64,000 nt of DNA from Patescibacteria group bacterium. GTDB taxonomy: Bacteria; Patescibacteriota; Microgenomatia; UBA8517. The stretch lies in assembly GCA_041742135.1 (NCBI GenBank), contig JBGSJG010000008.1, forward strand, positions 96,518 through 160,517. The letters are read 5' to 3'. The notes under the pieces were generated by a model that was given only the letters and a program-made list of their open reading frames with translations, searched no databases and had not been told where the DNA came from. Of the stretch, positions 39,248 through 48,288 are shown in pieces (position 1 is the stretch's first letter; each line of letters begins with the position of its first letter). Made by a program: the position numbers and the translations under genes.

Positions 39248-39901
39248 ATGACTTACGAATTACTGAAAAGAACGATGGACATCCTCGGCTCCGTTGTTCT
39301 TTTAATTGCCTTTTCTCCTTTAATGCTTGCAACAGCCGTGGCAATAAAGCTAACTTCTCCAGGCCCAGTTTTAGTTGAAAAAACCAACTCTCACATGCGG
39401 CGAATGGGAAAAAACGGCAAACTTTTTAGACTTTACAAATTCCGCTCAATGATTGTCAAAGCCGATATTTTAGAGCGCACTGACCCAAAATATAAACATG
39501 TTTATCGCGAAAAGCACACAGGCGGGGCTTACAAACCCAAAAACGACAACAGAGTAACGCCAGTTGGCAAATTTATTCGCAAACATTCGATTGATGAAAT
39601 GCCACAATTGATCAATGTACTCAAAGGCGAAATGAGTGTGGTTGGGCCAAGGGCATATCTACCAGAGGAACTTAAGGAGCAGCAAAAAAAGTTTCCGGGA
39701 ACCGAAAAGTATGTAGGAGAGATGCTTACCGCCAAGCCCGGAATTACGGGTTACTGGCAGGTAACTGGGCGAAGCGATGTTAAGTTTGATCAGCGCATCC
39801 AGATGGATGCTTATTATGCTCGCAAACGCTCGATTTTTTTTGATATTTTGATAATGCTTAAAACCCCCTGGATAATGCTTACTGGAAAAGGCGCAGTCTG
39901 A
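39248..39901 (+). CDS. Priming phosphoglycosyltransferase (Bac_transf; WcaJ/WsaP-like)
   Basis: 'KRTMDI', 'KFRSM', 'RVTPVG', 'SIDEMPQL.NVLKGEMSVVGPR', 'PGITG.WQV.GRS'. Confidence 0.92.
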   Translation: MTYELLKRTMDILGSVVLLIAFSPLMLATAVAIKLTSPGPVLVEKTNSHMRRMGKNGKLFRLYKFRSMIVKADILERTDPKYKHVYREKHTGGAYKPKNDNRVTPVGKFIRKHSIDEMPQLINVLKGEMSVVGPRAYLPEELKEQQKKFPGTEKYVGEMLTAKPGITGYWQVTGRSDVKFDQRIQMDAYYARKRSIFFDILIMLKTPWIMLTGKGAV

Positions 39902-39919
39902 TAGTATAGAATTTAACCT

Positions 39920-41971
39920 ATGCCACCAGAAGATATCCCACAAATAAAGCCGCCTTCTGTCTTAGATCCACCTCAGATCAAGCTTGCCCCGGAGCCTGTT
40001 TTAAGCTCCAACGAGCTCCACCTAGGTGCTGTTGAAGCAGATTTGCCTGTATTGGCAAAAAAAAGACGTTTCAAGCTTCCTAATTTCAAAATAAAATTAA
40101 AGAACAAGAAAGTGTTGCTCCGTGTAGGTTTAGTTCTTGGCGTACTTTTGGTTTTAGTGGCAATTTTAGTCATAGTTCCAGTACTATCGCTTGTGGGAAG
40201 TGGGCGAGCTCTGGCCACTGGTGCTGATAAGCTTAAAGCTTCGGTCGACTCAAAAGACATAACAGTTGTAAAAAGTAGCCTGCAGGATTTTCAAGCTAAA
40301 TTCCAAGATTTTGATTCTAAATACAAAAGACTGTCTTGGGCGGGAGCTTTGCCGTTTGTAGGCGTGTATTACAAAGATGGTATTGCAGGTTTAACAGCAG
40401 GCAAAAGCGCTCTGGAAGCTGGCTGGATCGTGACGGAAACAATCGAGCCCTATGCTGACATTATTGGATTTGGCGGACCCGGTGGAGAACTCGGTGACTC
40501 GGCGAACGACAGAATTGATTTCTTAATCCAGACTATTGGAAGCATCTTGCCTCGCGCAGACGAGCTTGTGGTTAAAGCCCGTGCCGCGAATGAAGAACTC
40601 GCAAAGATTGACCCCAATCGCTATCCTGAGGAGTTTCGTGGCATTGAAGTACGCGCAAAGCTGGCAAAATATTTGGAGCTTGCCCAAGAAGCAACAAACT
40701 TTATCGCTAACAGTAAGCCACTTTTGGAATCAGCCCCCTATCTTTTAGGTACTGATGCTCCCCGCACATATCTTCTAATTTTTCAAAACGACAAAGAGCT
40801 TCGGCCAACTGGCGGCTTTTTGACGGCTTATTCAATTGTCCAGGTGAGTAACGGCAAGATTCAGCCAGTGAGTTCAAATGATATTTACAATTTAGATAAC
40901 AAGTACACTCCAACGATTGAAGCGCCCGAGGTAATCCGCAAATACCTTGAAGGCCCTTATCTTATTTCAGACAACCTGAGGCTTCGCGATATGAATTGGT
41001 CGCCCGATTTTAAGGAAGCGATGGAGATGTTCTTGCCGGAAGCCGAGAAGGCGGGGATTGCGGATATCGATGGTGTTATCGCAGTGGACACACAAGTAGT
41101 TGTAAACATCCTAAATGCTATTGGCACAGTCGATGTTCCTGGATATGGGCAATATAGCACCAATCACGACGAGCGCTGTGCTTGCCCGCAAGTGATCTAC
41201 GAGCTTGAGAGTTTTGCCGATGTTGAAGGCCCGATCGTCTGGAGTGAAAACGAACCAGGGAAAATTGTATTTGCCCCGCCAAATTATTTGAATCGAAAGG
41301 AAATAGTGGGTCCTTTGATGAATTCGATTTTGTCCAACGCCCTGGGCCAGCCAAAAGAAAAATTGCCACTTTTGTTTGAAGCTGGTTGGAAAAGTTTAAT
41401 TGAAAAACATGTGCTTTTGTATATGTATGATGCAAAGGCTCAAGAAGGTGCTGAAGCATTTGGTGTAGCTGGTCAATTGAGTGAATTCGATGCGGACTAT
41501 GTCCACATTGTCGATGCCAACCTAGGAGGCAGAAAATCAAATTTATATGTAACGCAAGAAGTTCACCACGAGATTGAAATTGATGGCGAAGGAAATATCG
41601 TCAAGACGCTAGATGTCACCTATCAAAACCCAGAAAAATACGATGGGTGGCTAAATTCCGTGCTTCCTAATTGGACACGAATTTATTTGCCTAAAGGTAG
41701 CGAAATTTTGGACCAAGTTGGTTTTGAAGACCCGGGAGAAGTATATGAAGAGTTTGGAAAGACTGTAGTTTCTGGAGGCTTTGAGTTGCGCCCAGAAGGA
41801 GTCAAAAAAGTAACGATCAAATACAAGCTCCCTTTCAAAGCTAAAGACAAGTATGAACTGATGATTCAAAAACAGGCAGGCACAGACGCTCCTCTCCACA
41901 CAATTACTGTTGGTAAAAAGAGTGAAGAATTTTACCTTAGGAGTGATCGCACTCTTCGGATTGCGCTATGA
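39920..41971 (+). CDS. DUF4012 domain-containing membrane-anchored protein
   Basis: One N-terminal TM, helical stalk, 'FQNDKELRPTGGF', 'NWSPDF', 'DGVIAVDT', 'N.GG.K'. Confidence 0.8.
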   Translation: MPPEDIPQIKPPSVLDPPQIKLAPEPVLSSNELHLGAVEADLPVLAKKRRFKLPNFKIKLKNKKVLLRVGLVLGVLLVLVAILVIVPVLSLVGSGRALATGADKLKASVDSKDITVVKSSLQDFQAKFQDFDSKYKRLSWAGALPFVGVYYKDGIAGLTAGKSALEAGWIVTETIEPYADIIGFGGPGGELGDSANDRIDFLIQTIGSILPRADELVVKARAANEELAKIDPNRYPEEFRGIEVRAKLAKYLELAQEATNFIANSKPLLESAPYLLGTDAPRTYLLIFQNDKELRPTGGFLTAYSIVQVSNGKIQPVSSNDIYNLDNKYTPTIEAPEVIRKYLEGPYLISDNLRLRDMNWSPDFKEAMEMFLPEAEKAGIADIDGVIAVDTQVVVNILNAIGTVDVPGYGQYSTNHDERCACPQVIYELESFADVEGPIVWSENEPGKIVFAPPNYLNRKEIVGPLMNSILSNALGQPKEKLPLLFEAGWKSLIEKHVLLYMYDAKAQEGAEAFGVAGQLSEFDADYVHIVDANLGGRKSNLYVTQEVHHEIEIDGEGNIVKTLDVTYQNPEKYDGWLNSVLPNWTRIYLPKGSEILDQVGFEDPGEVYEEFGKTVVSGGFELRPEGVKKVTIKYKLPFKAKDKYELMIQKQAGTDAPLHTITVGKKSEEFYLRSDRTLRIAL

Positions 41972-42510
41972 GCCATTCGTTAGTTTCTGAGGGCATCGTT
42001 TTGTCTGCCCGTCCCTACTCCGACGCCGACAAGATTGTCACTGTATTCACGCGAGATTTTGGGCGGATTGCCCTTTTGGCAAAAGGAGTAAAACGCCCCA
42101 AAAGCCGAAAACGTGGATCTCTTGAAGTCGCAAGCTACATCAAGTTTATCGCGCACCGTGGGCACGGAATGCCAATTGTTACTGAGGTCGAAATTCTCGA
42201 ATCTTTTTCTGAAATTCGAAAAGATTTAAAAAAAGTCGCAGTTGCATATTTTTTTATTGAAGTCGTGACGCGAGCCATGCGGGATGAGGAAAAAAATCTG
42301 GAAGTTTATACTCTGCTTTTGCAGTATTTAATCAGGCTAACTCAGGACGACAAATTAAAGGCCTTGCGCCGTCAGTTTAGTATCGAGCTTGCCCAGGAGT
42401 TAGGATTTATCCCGGAAAACCAGTTTGTTCCAGACGCTGATGAGATGATCGAAGCCATAATTGAGCGCAAACTAGGGAGCGTTAGAGTTGGCAAAAAGCT
42501 GCAACTCTAG
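41968..42510 (+). CDS. recO: DNA repair protein RecO (short form)
   Basis: 'EGIVL...YSDADKIVTVFT...G...AKGVKRPKSR'. Confidence 0.9.
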   Translation: MSHSLVSEGIVLSARPYSDADKIVTVFTRDFGRIALLAKGVKRPKSRKRGSLEVASYIKFIAHRGHGMPIVTEVEILESFSEIRKDLKKVAVAYFFIEVVTRAMRDEEKNLEVYTLLLQYLIRLTQDDKLKALRRQFSIELAQELGFIPENQFVPDADEMIEAIIERKLGSVRVGKKLQL

Positions 42511-42544
42511 AATATAAATTCGTAGTAAGTTACAATAGCCTCAG

Positions 42545-43924
42545 ATGGTAACACTCGAAGAAATCGTAGCACTTTGTAAGCGTCGAGGGTTTATTTTTCC
42601 GGGATCAGAAATTTACGGAGGGCTTGCCAATACTTACGACTACGGTCCTCACGGAGTTGAGCTCAAAAGAAACCTTCTAAATTATTGGTGGGATACTTTT
42701 GTCTCAAAGCGAGATGACATGTACGGCATCGATTCTTCAATTCTCATGAGCCCTAAGGTCTGGGAAGCCTCTGGGCACACGGCCAGTTTTACCAACGTGT
42801 TAATCGATTGCACCAATTGCCAATACCGCACTCGTGCTGACCATTTGATTGAAGATGGAATGCCTGATATCGGCAATGTTGAAGGAAAACCCTTAAGCGA
42901 ATTAGACGAAATTATTAGCGAAAATAAACTGCAATGTCCAAAATGCGGCAAAACCGCGTGGACCAAAGCCCGTAACTTTAACCAGCTTTTTGAAACTCAA
43001 GTAGGAATTATCACTTCTGGAAAAAATACTGCGTATCTGCGCGGAGAGCTTGCTCAGGGAATGTTTGTAAACTTTAAATCCGTAATGGATAGTATTCACC
43101 CAAAGCTTCCGTTTGGACTTGCGCAGTCAGGCAAAGCTTTTAGAAACGAAATAACGATGGGCAAGTTTACTTTCAGAACTTTGGAGTTTGATTTGGCCGA
43201 ATTTGAGTATTTCGTTGATCCTTCTGAGTGGGAAAAATGGTTTGAGTATTGGAAAGAGGCGATGTATCGCTTCGCGCTCTCACTTGGGTTTGCCGAGGAA
43301 AACCTGAGGTGGCGAAGTCACAGCAAAGAAGAGCTTAGCCATTATTCAAGTCGGACCGAGGACTTGGAATACAAGTTCCCTTGGGGGTACAAGGAAATGT
43401 GGGGCTTAGCTTATAGGACAGATTTTGACCTTAAAAATCACATGGAAAAAAGTGGCGTAGATTTGCGCTACACAAACCCTGTTTCAAACGATAAGTTTAT
43501 TCCTCATGTCTTGGAGCCTACATTTGGGCTCTCGAGGCTGATCACTATAATTTTAATGAATTCGTATTTTTATGACGAAGAGAAAAAGCGAGTGGTTTTG
43601 AAGCTGCCTGCTATTTTGGCACCGTATAAAGTAGCTGTATTTCCTCTACTTCCTAATAAACCAGAGTTGGTTGAGAAGGCAAAAGAGATTTATCAGTCGC
43701 TAAGTGAAAAATTCGCAACAGCTTGGGACGACCGAGGAAACATTGGTAAGCGTTATGCAGCACAAGATGAAGTGGGAACCCCATGGTGTATAACTGTAGA
43801 CTTTGATACTTTGGAAAAGGCCGATGTCACGGTGCGAGATCGTGATACGGGGCAACAACAGCGCGTTTCTATTGACAAACTAACAGAGTTTATTCAAAAT
43901 GGTCTCACTGGGTCAAATGAATAA
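42545..43924 (+). CDS. glyS: Glycine--tRNA ligase, alpha2 (eukaryote/archaea-type)
   Basis: 'LCKRRGF', 'IYGG', 'ASGH', 'FRNEIT', 'EFEYF', 'RTDFDL', 'GKRYAAQDEVGTP'. Confidence 0.95.
   Translation: MVTLEEIVALCKRRGFIFPGSEIYGGLANTYDYGPHGVELKRNLLNYWWDTFVSKRDDMYGIDSSILMSPKVWEASGHTASFTNVLIDCTNCQYRTRADHLIEDGMPDIGNVEGKPLSELDEIISENKLQCPKCGKTAWTKARNFNQLFETQVGIITSGKNTAYLRGELAQGMFVNFKSVMDSIHPKLPFGLAQSGKAFRNEITMGKFTFRTLEFDLAEFEYFVDPSEWEKWFEYWKEAMYRFALSLGFAEENLRWRSHSKEELSHYSSRTEDLEYKFPWGYKEMWGLAYRTDFDLKNHMEKSGVDLRYTNPVSNDKFIPHVLEPTFGLSRLITIILMNSYFYDEEKKRVVLKLPAILAPYKVAVFPLLPNKPELVEKAKEIYQSLSEKFATAWDDRGNIGKRYAAQDEVGTPWCITVDFDTLEKADVTVRDRDTGQQQRVSIDKLTEFIQNGLTGSNE
43872..43900 (+). promoter_or_regulatory. 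Sigma70-type promoter within the glyS 3' end
   Basis: TTGACA-17 nt-CAAAAT, the same hexamers as the mraZ promoter. Confidence 0.5.
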
Positions 43925-44642
43925 GAAACTTCCATTAATTCTTCTTGCAGTAGCAGCAGTTGTAGTTTTAGCCTTTGTTCTAATGCGTGGCCGGGGTACT
44001 AGCAATACCTCAGAAGATGATAATGTTCCCGAGCTTCCGTTTTCGCAACGTCCATATACACAGCTTGTTCCTACAGAGGATGGTCACTATTTGAACATGA
44101 TTATTTCTAACATCAACGTTCCAGGAGCCGCCTCGATGGATTATGAGCTTTATTACGATACTGCCGAGGGGATTACCCAAGGGGTTCCGGGCAAAGTAAA
44201 TCTTGAAGGTAAAAATAGTGTTGAGCGCGAGCTTTTATTGGGGTCTGAGTCTTCTGGCAAGTTTAGGTACGACGAAGGAGTTGACGATGGAACTCTCACG
44301 CTTCGTTTTAGAGACCAAGGTGGCAAGCTTATTGGAAAAGTAGCTGGTCAGTGGGCGCTTTTGAGTGACACCGACAAATTAATGTCGGTCGATGGCAAGT
44401 TTACCTATACACTCGAAGAAGCAAGCGAAGATTACTTTGTAGTGATGCCAACGTTTGGCCTACCGGGCTCAGCCAACTTTGAAGTTGATATGGGGCCTTA
44501 CGGCGTCTTTGCTGCTATGGATGATGAGATGCCAGGCGCACTGAATTTAGGTGGCAATCTTTACATCTGGGACGGTACAGCTTGGGAAGCTCTATCTAGT
44601 GGTGAATCAGACAACCTCGGTGTATTTGTAACTTCAAAATAA
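43917..44642 (+). CDS. Hypothetical acidic surface protein with an N-terminal membrane anchor
   Basis: 'MNKK' + hydrophobic helix; beta-rich acidic domain 'LGSESSGKFRYDEGV'. Confidence 0.8.
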   Translation: MNKKLPLILLAVAAVVVLAFVLMRGRGTSNTSEDDNVPELPFSQRPYTQLVPTEDGHYLNMIISNINVPGAASMDYELYYDTAEGITQGVPGKVNLEGKNSVERELLLGSESSGKFRYDEGVDDGTLTLRFRDQGGKLIGKVAGQWALLSDTDKLMSVDGKFTYTLEEASEDYFVVMPTFGLPGSANFEVDMGPYGVFAAMDDEMPGALNLGGNLYIWDGTAWEALSSGESDNLGVFVTSK

Positions 44643-44666
44643 GTAAATTTACTTTATAATAACCCC

Positions 44667-44876
44667 ATGAGCGGTCCAGAACACTTAGAAGAAGAAACAG
44701 ATTTTCGCCCGGTGACAAGGATAAGTGATGCAACAGGCGAACGCGGTGCGATAACTACAGGTCTAAATGAAACAATCGCTGCAATCGAAGGATCGATTAA
44801 GGCAGACTCCGCAACCACAGGAGATCCAGACACAGACGTTCGGTTTGTAACCCACATAAATCAAGGGTCCAAATAA
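44667..44876 (+). CDS. 69-aa hypothetical protein
   Basis: TATAAT 6 nt upstream of the ATG (leaderless pattern); fills the intergenic space on the operon strand. Confidence 0.5.
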   Translation: MSGPEHLEEETDFRPVTRISDATGERGAITTGLNETIAAIEGSIKADSATTGDPDTDVRFVTHINQGSK

Positions 44877-44912
44877 CTTCAGCCTCACATTAATTTTCGT
44901 GTAAAGTTTGTA

Positions 44913-44969
44913 TTGACATGCCCGTGAAAACATATCAAAATGGTTGGTAGTGGTGAAAAGTGGTGACTG
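44913..44969 (+). promoter_or_regulatory. dcw (mraZ) promoter with MraZ operator repeats
   Basis: TTGACA(44913)-17-CAAAAT, then three 10-nt-periodic repeats ATGGTTGGTA/GTGGTGAAAA/GTGGTGACTG. Confidence 0.8.
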
Positions 44970-44983
44970 CCTAATCAAAATAT

Positions 44984-45418
44984 ATGTTAATAGGCAGCTA
45001 TCAGAGCAACTTAGGGGATAAACGAAGAGTTGCAGTACCTAAAAAATTTATAGAAAGTCTTGGGGAGAAACCAATAATTGCCAAGTGGTATGAAAACTGT
45101 TTGGTTTTGGTTAGCCAAGAATTTTGGGAAAAACTCTTAAACCGATTAACGGGTGGAAAAAAGACTGCCAGTTTGGGAGTTCGAGACATTGAAAGGTTTA
45201 TCTTGGGCTCAGCTTATGAAGTTGAACCAGATACACAGGGGAGAATAATTATTCCCGAATTATTGGCACATTACGGAGGACTCAAGCAAGAAGTAGTTTT
45301 TATAGGCTTGGGAGACCGGGTCGAGGTTTGGTCAAAGGAAGCTTGGGACAGCAAGGCCACAGAGCTTTCAAAGACCACCCGAGATTACATTGAAAGTTTA
45401 TCTGAAAGGGAAAATTAA
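44984..45418 (+). CDS. mraZ: Transcriptional regulator MraZ
   Basis: Two DxxxR repeats ('DKRRVAVP', 'DTQGRIIIP'), 'GLGDRVEVWS'. Confidence 0.95.
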   Translation: MLIGSYQSNLGDKRRVAVPKKFIESLGEKPIIAKWYENCLVLVSQEFWEKLLNRLTGGKKTASLGVRDIERFILGSAYEVEPDTQGRIIIPELLAHYGGLKQEVVFIGLGDRVEVWSKEAWDSKATELSKTTRDYIESLSEREN

Positions 45419-46249
45419 ATGCATGAACCTGTATTAGTTAGTGAGGTAATTGATTATTTGCACATTCAAAATAACGCACAGTACATAGACGCGACCTTGG
45501 GAGCGGCTGGGCACAGCTTAGAAATTCTTAAAAGAGGCGGAATGGTTTTAGGAATAGAAGCAGACCCTGCGATGCTAAAGTTTTCAAAAAAACGAGTGGG
45601 AGAAGCCTGCCCTACACTTGTTTTAGGTAACTTCAGAGATATCGCAAAAATCGCTCGCGGAAGCGGATTTACAAATGTGTCTGGGATACTTTTTGATCTT
45701 GGGATTTCAAGCATTCATTTTGATACCGATGCTCGTGGGTTTTCCTTTAAAGACCCCAGCTCACCTCTTGATATGAGGCTAAATCCTGAAGTTCAAGCTG
45801 TAACCGCAGCTGATTTGTTAAATAGTTTGGACCAAACTCAGTTAACGAATTTGTTTGAGTCGTCAAGGTTAGCACGCGATGTAGTAAACGCCAGAAAATT
45901 TAAGAAATTTGCTTTAGTTGGCGATTTATTGTCACTTTTTGAGGGAAAAACGCGAGGCAAAATTCATCCAGCTACCAAGGCTTTTATGGATTTGCGTATC
46001 GCGGTCAATAGCGAGCTGGACAATATCGCCGAGGCTTTACCGGATGCATTTGATCTTTTGGCCAAAGGCGGAAAATTGTGCGTAATATCTTTCCACTCTG
46101 GTGAAGATCGGATTGTTAAAGAGAATTTTAGACGTCTGGTTGATCAGGGCATAGCAGAAGCGACCGACTTGATTCTACCTAGTCAATCAGAAGTCGAGCG
46201 AAATCCGAGGTCCCGAAGTGCAAAGATGCGAGTTTTAACAAAGTTATGA
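45419..46249 (+). CDS. rsmH: 16S rRNA m4C1402 methyltransferase
   Basis: 'HEPVL', 'DATLGAAGHS', 'DLGISS', 'LDMR', 'SFHSGEDR', 'NPRSRSAK'. Confidence 0.96.
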   Translation: MHEPVLVSEVIDYLHIQNNAQYIDATLGAAGHSLEILKRGGMVLGIEADPAMLKFSKKRVGEACPTLVLGNFRDIAKIARGSGFTNVSGILFDLGISSIHFDTDARGFSFKDPSSPLDMRLNPEVQAVTAADLLNSLDQTQLTNLFESSRLARDVVNARKFKKFALVGDLLSLFEGKTRGKIHPATKAFMDLRIAVNSELDNIAEALPDAFDLLAKGGKLCVISFHSGEDRIVKENFRRLVDQGIAEATDLILPSQSEVERNPRSRSAKMRVLTKL

Positions 46250-46536
46250 ATAAAACAAAATTGATGGTTTTGATTTCTGTAATAGCCGCAGCTGCTCTGA
46301 TGGTGACAGTCGCGGTTGGCTCCAGTCTTTGGGGCTCTGAGCTTCATGAGCTGGAGAACGCTATTTCTCAACTTGAGGAAGAAAATAAAGTAACACAGGA
46401 AAAAATTGTCCAAGGAACTTCTTTGACGGCGCTGTATGAAATCCGCGAAGAGCTAGGATTTGCCAAACCTTCAAGAGTGATTTATATGGGGGATCATACA
46501 TCAGTTGCCCAAGCGCATAATGGAGCTTCGAATTAG
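46246..46536 (+). CDS. ftsL: Cell division protein FtsL-like
   Basis: TM + coiled coil, 'EELGF', located between rsmH and ftsI. Confidence 0.7.
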   Translation: MNKTKLMVLISVIAAAALMVTVAVGSSLWGSELHELENAISQLEEENKVTQEKIVQGTSLTALYEIREELGFAKPSRVIYMGDHTSVAQAHNGASN

Positions 46537-48250
46537 GATCATTTCTATCGGTTTTGTAGTAGCAGTTGTTGTTTTGGTGGGAAAATTAGCTTTTTGGCAG
46601 GTGGTCCGCGGCCAAGAGCTTGCAAGTCAAGGAAGGTATCAGCAACAAAGTACTCGATTGATTGATGCTAAAAGAGGGGACATTCTTTCCTCTGACGGAA
46701 GCTATCTTGCAGCAAGTAACGACGCATGGCTTTTGGTGGCTCAGAGGCCAAAATTTGTCGAAAGTCCGGCTAAAGTTGCAAGTGAACTTGCTAAATTATT
46801 CAAAGGCGAAGAAATCTATGAGGACGATGAAGAAAAAGATGAAGCTTTGGATCGTGAAGAAAAACGGCTTTACGACCTTTTGGTGCGCGATGAGCTCATG
46901 TGGATTCCGCTTAAAAATCGTGTTGATAGAGCAATGCGAGAAAAAATTGAAAAACTTGCGTTTGAGGGCTTGGAGTTTGAGATTGAGGAGGATCGATACT
47001 ATCCGGAGGCTTCCGCCGCCGCACAAATTTTAGGTTTTGTGGGCAAAGATGAAGACGGAAACGATAAGGGTTACTTTGGCTTGGAAGGTTATTACGATTT
47101 GTCGCTTGCGGGCAAGGAGGGTTTTAGAAGCCGCGAAGCAAATGCTCTTGGAGTACCCATTATTTTTGGTGACAGCAAGGAAGCCTCAGCGATACGTGGA
47201 ACCGATTTAATCACACACATTGACAGGACAATTCAGATTGTGGTCGAGAGTAAGCTTGCCGAAGGGCTTGAAAAATACGGTGCACTTTCGGGCAATATTA
47301 TTGTTACCAATCCTCAAACAGGTGCAATTTTGGCTATGGCCACAAGCCCCAGCTACGATCCTAAGAAATATTATGATTATGGCGATGAATTTTTTAGAAA
47401 TCCTGTGATTTCGGATGCTTTTGAGCCTGGGTCGATTTTTAAGCCTTTAGTGATGGCTGCTGCATTGGACGCGGGAGTGGTCAAACCTGACACGATTTGC
47501 GATATTTGCGACAAGCCCTATCAGGTGGACAAATATTTTATTCGCACTTGGAATAATGAATACAACGCCGGCGCCACAATGCAAGACGTTATAGTTCACT
47601 CAGATAACGTAGGAATGGCATTCACGGGCAATAGGCTAGGAGCCGACCGATTGCATGATTATCTATCGGCCTACGGCTTTGGCGGCCTTACAGGGATTGA
47701 TTTGCAAGGAGAAGTGACGCCTTCGATTCGCTCAAAAGGGACATGGAACGTGGTGGACTTGGCGACTACATCTTTTGGCCAAGGAATTGCTGTCACTCCT
47801 ATTCAGATGGTTTCGGCATTGGGTGCATTGGCCAATAAGGGCGTGCTTATGGCCCCGCAACTTGTCGATAAAATAAAAATTGCGGGGGATACGGAAGATA
47901 TTGAGCCTGTGGAAGTTCGTCGTGTCGTTTCACGAGATGCTGCGGAGGACATCACGCGGATGATGATTGCCGCGGTTAAAAGTGGTGAGGCGAAGTGGGC
48001 GGTCCCTGCGGGCTTTACCATTGCAGGCAAGACCGGTACAGCTCAGATTCCGGTAGCTGGGCATTACGATTCAGAGAAAACTATCGCAAGCTTTGTGGGC
48101 TTTGCTCCACCTTCAGACCCCAAGTTTTTAATGCTTATAACGCTTCGTGAGCCTCAAAGCTCTCCTTGGGCATCTGAAACCGCAGCTCCTTTGTGGTTTG
48201 ATATTGCCAAGGAAATATTTCCCTATCTAGGTATACAGCCAGGCGAATAA
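46520..48250 (+). CDS. ftsI: Class B PBP (FtsI/PBP3)
   Basis: 'RGDI', 'YYP', 'GLEG', SxxK 'GSIFK', 'SDN', 'KTGT'. Confidence 0.93.
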   Translation: MELRIRIISIGFVVAVVVLVGKLAFWQVVRGQELASQGRYQQQSTRLIDAKRGDILSSDGSYLAASNDAWLLVAQRPKFVESPAKVASELAKLFKGEEIYEDDEEKDEALDREEKRLYDLLVRDELMWIPLKNRVDRAMREKIEKLAFEGLEFEIEEDRYYPEASAAAQILGFVGKDEDGNDKGYFGLEGYYDLSLAGKEGFRSREANALGVPIIFGDSKEASAIRGTDLITHIDRTIQIVVESKLAEGLEKYGALSGNIIVTNPQTGAILAMATSPSYDPKKYYDYGDEFFRNPVISDAFEPGSIFKPLVMAAALDAGVVKPDTICDICDKPYQVDKYFIRTWNNEYNAGATMQDVIVHSDNVGMAFTGNRLGADRLHDYLSAYGFGGLTGIDLQGEVTPSIRSKGTWNVVDLATTSFGQGIAVTPIQMVSALGALANKGVLMAPQLVDKIKIAGDTEDIEPVEVRRVVSRDAAEDITRMMIAAVKSGEAKWAVPAGFTIAGKTGTAQIPVAGHYDSEKTIASFVGFAPPSDPKFLMLITLREPQSSPWASETAAPLWFDIAKEIFPYLGIQPGE

Positions 48251-48251
48251 T

Positions 48252-48280
48252 TAGACTGACTTGCGTGAAAAGTGTATAAT
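48252..48280 (+). promoter_or_regulatory. Internal promoter for murA, leaderless-type
   Basis: TAGACT-17-TATAAT, 8 nt before the ATG at 48289. Confidence 0.6.
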
Positions 48281-48288
48281 TTGCACAC

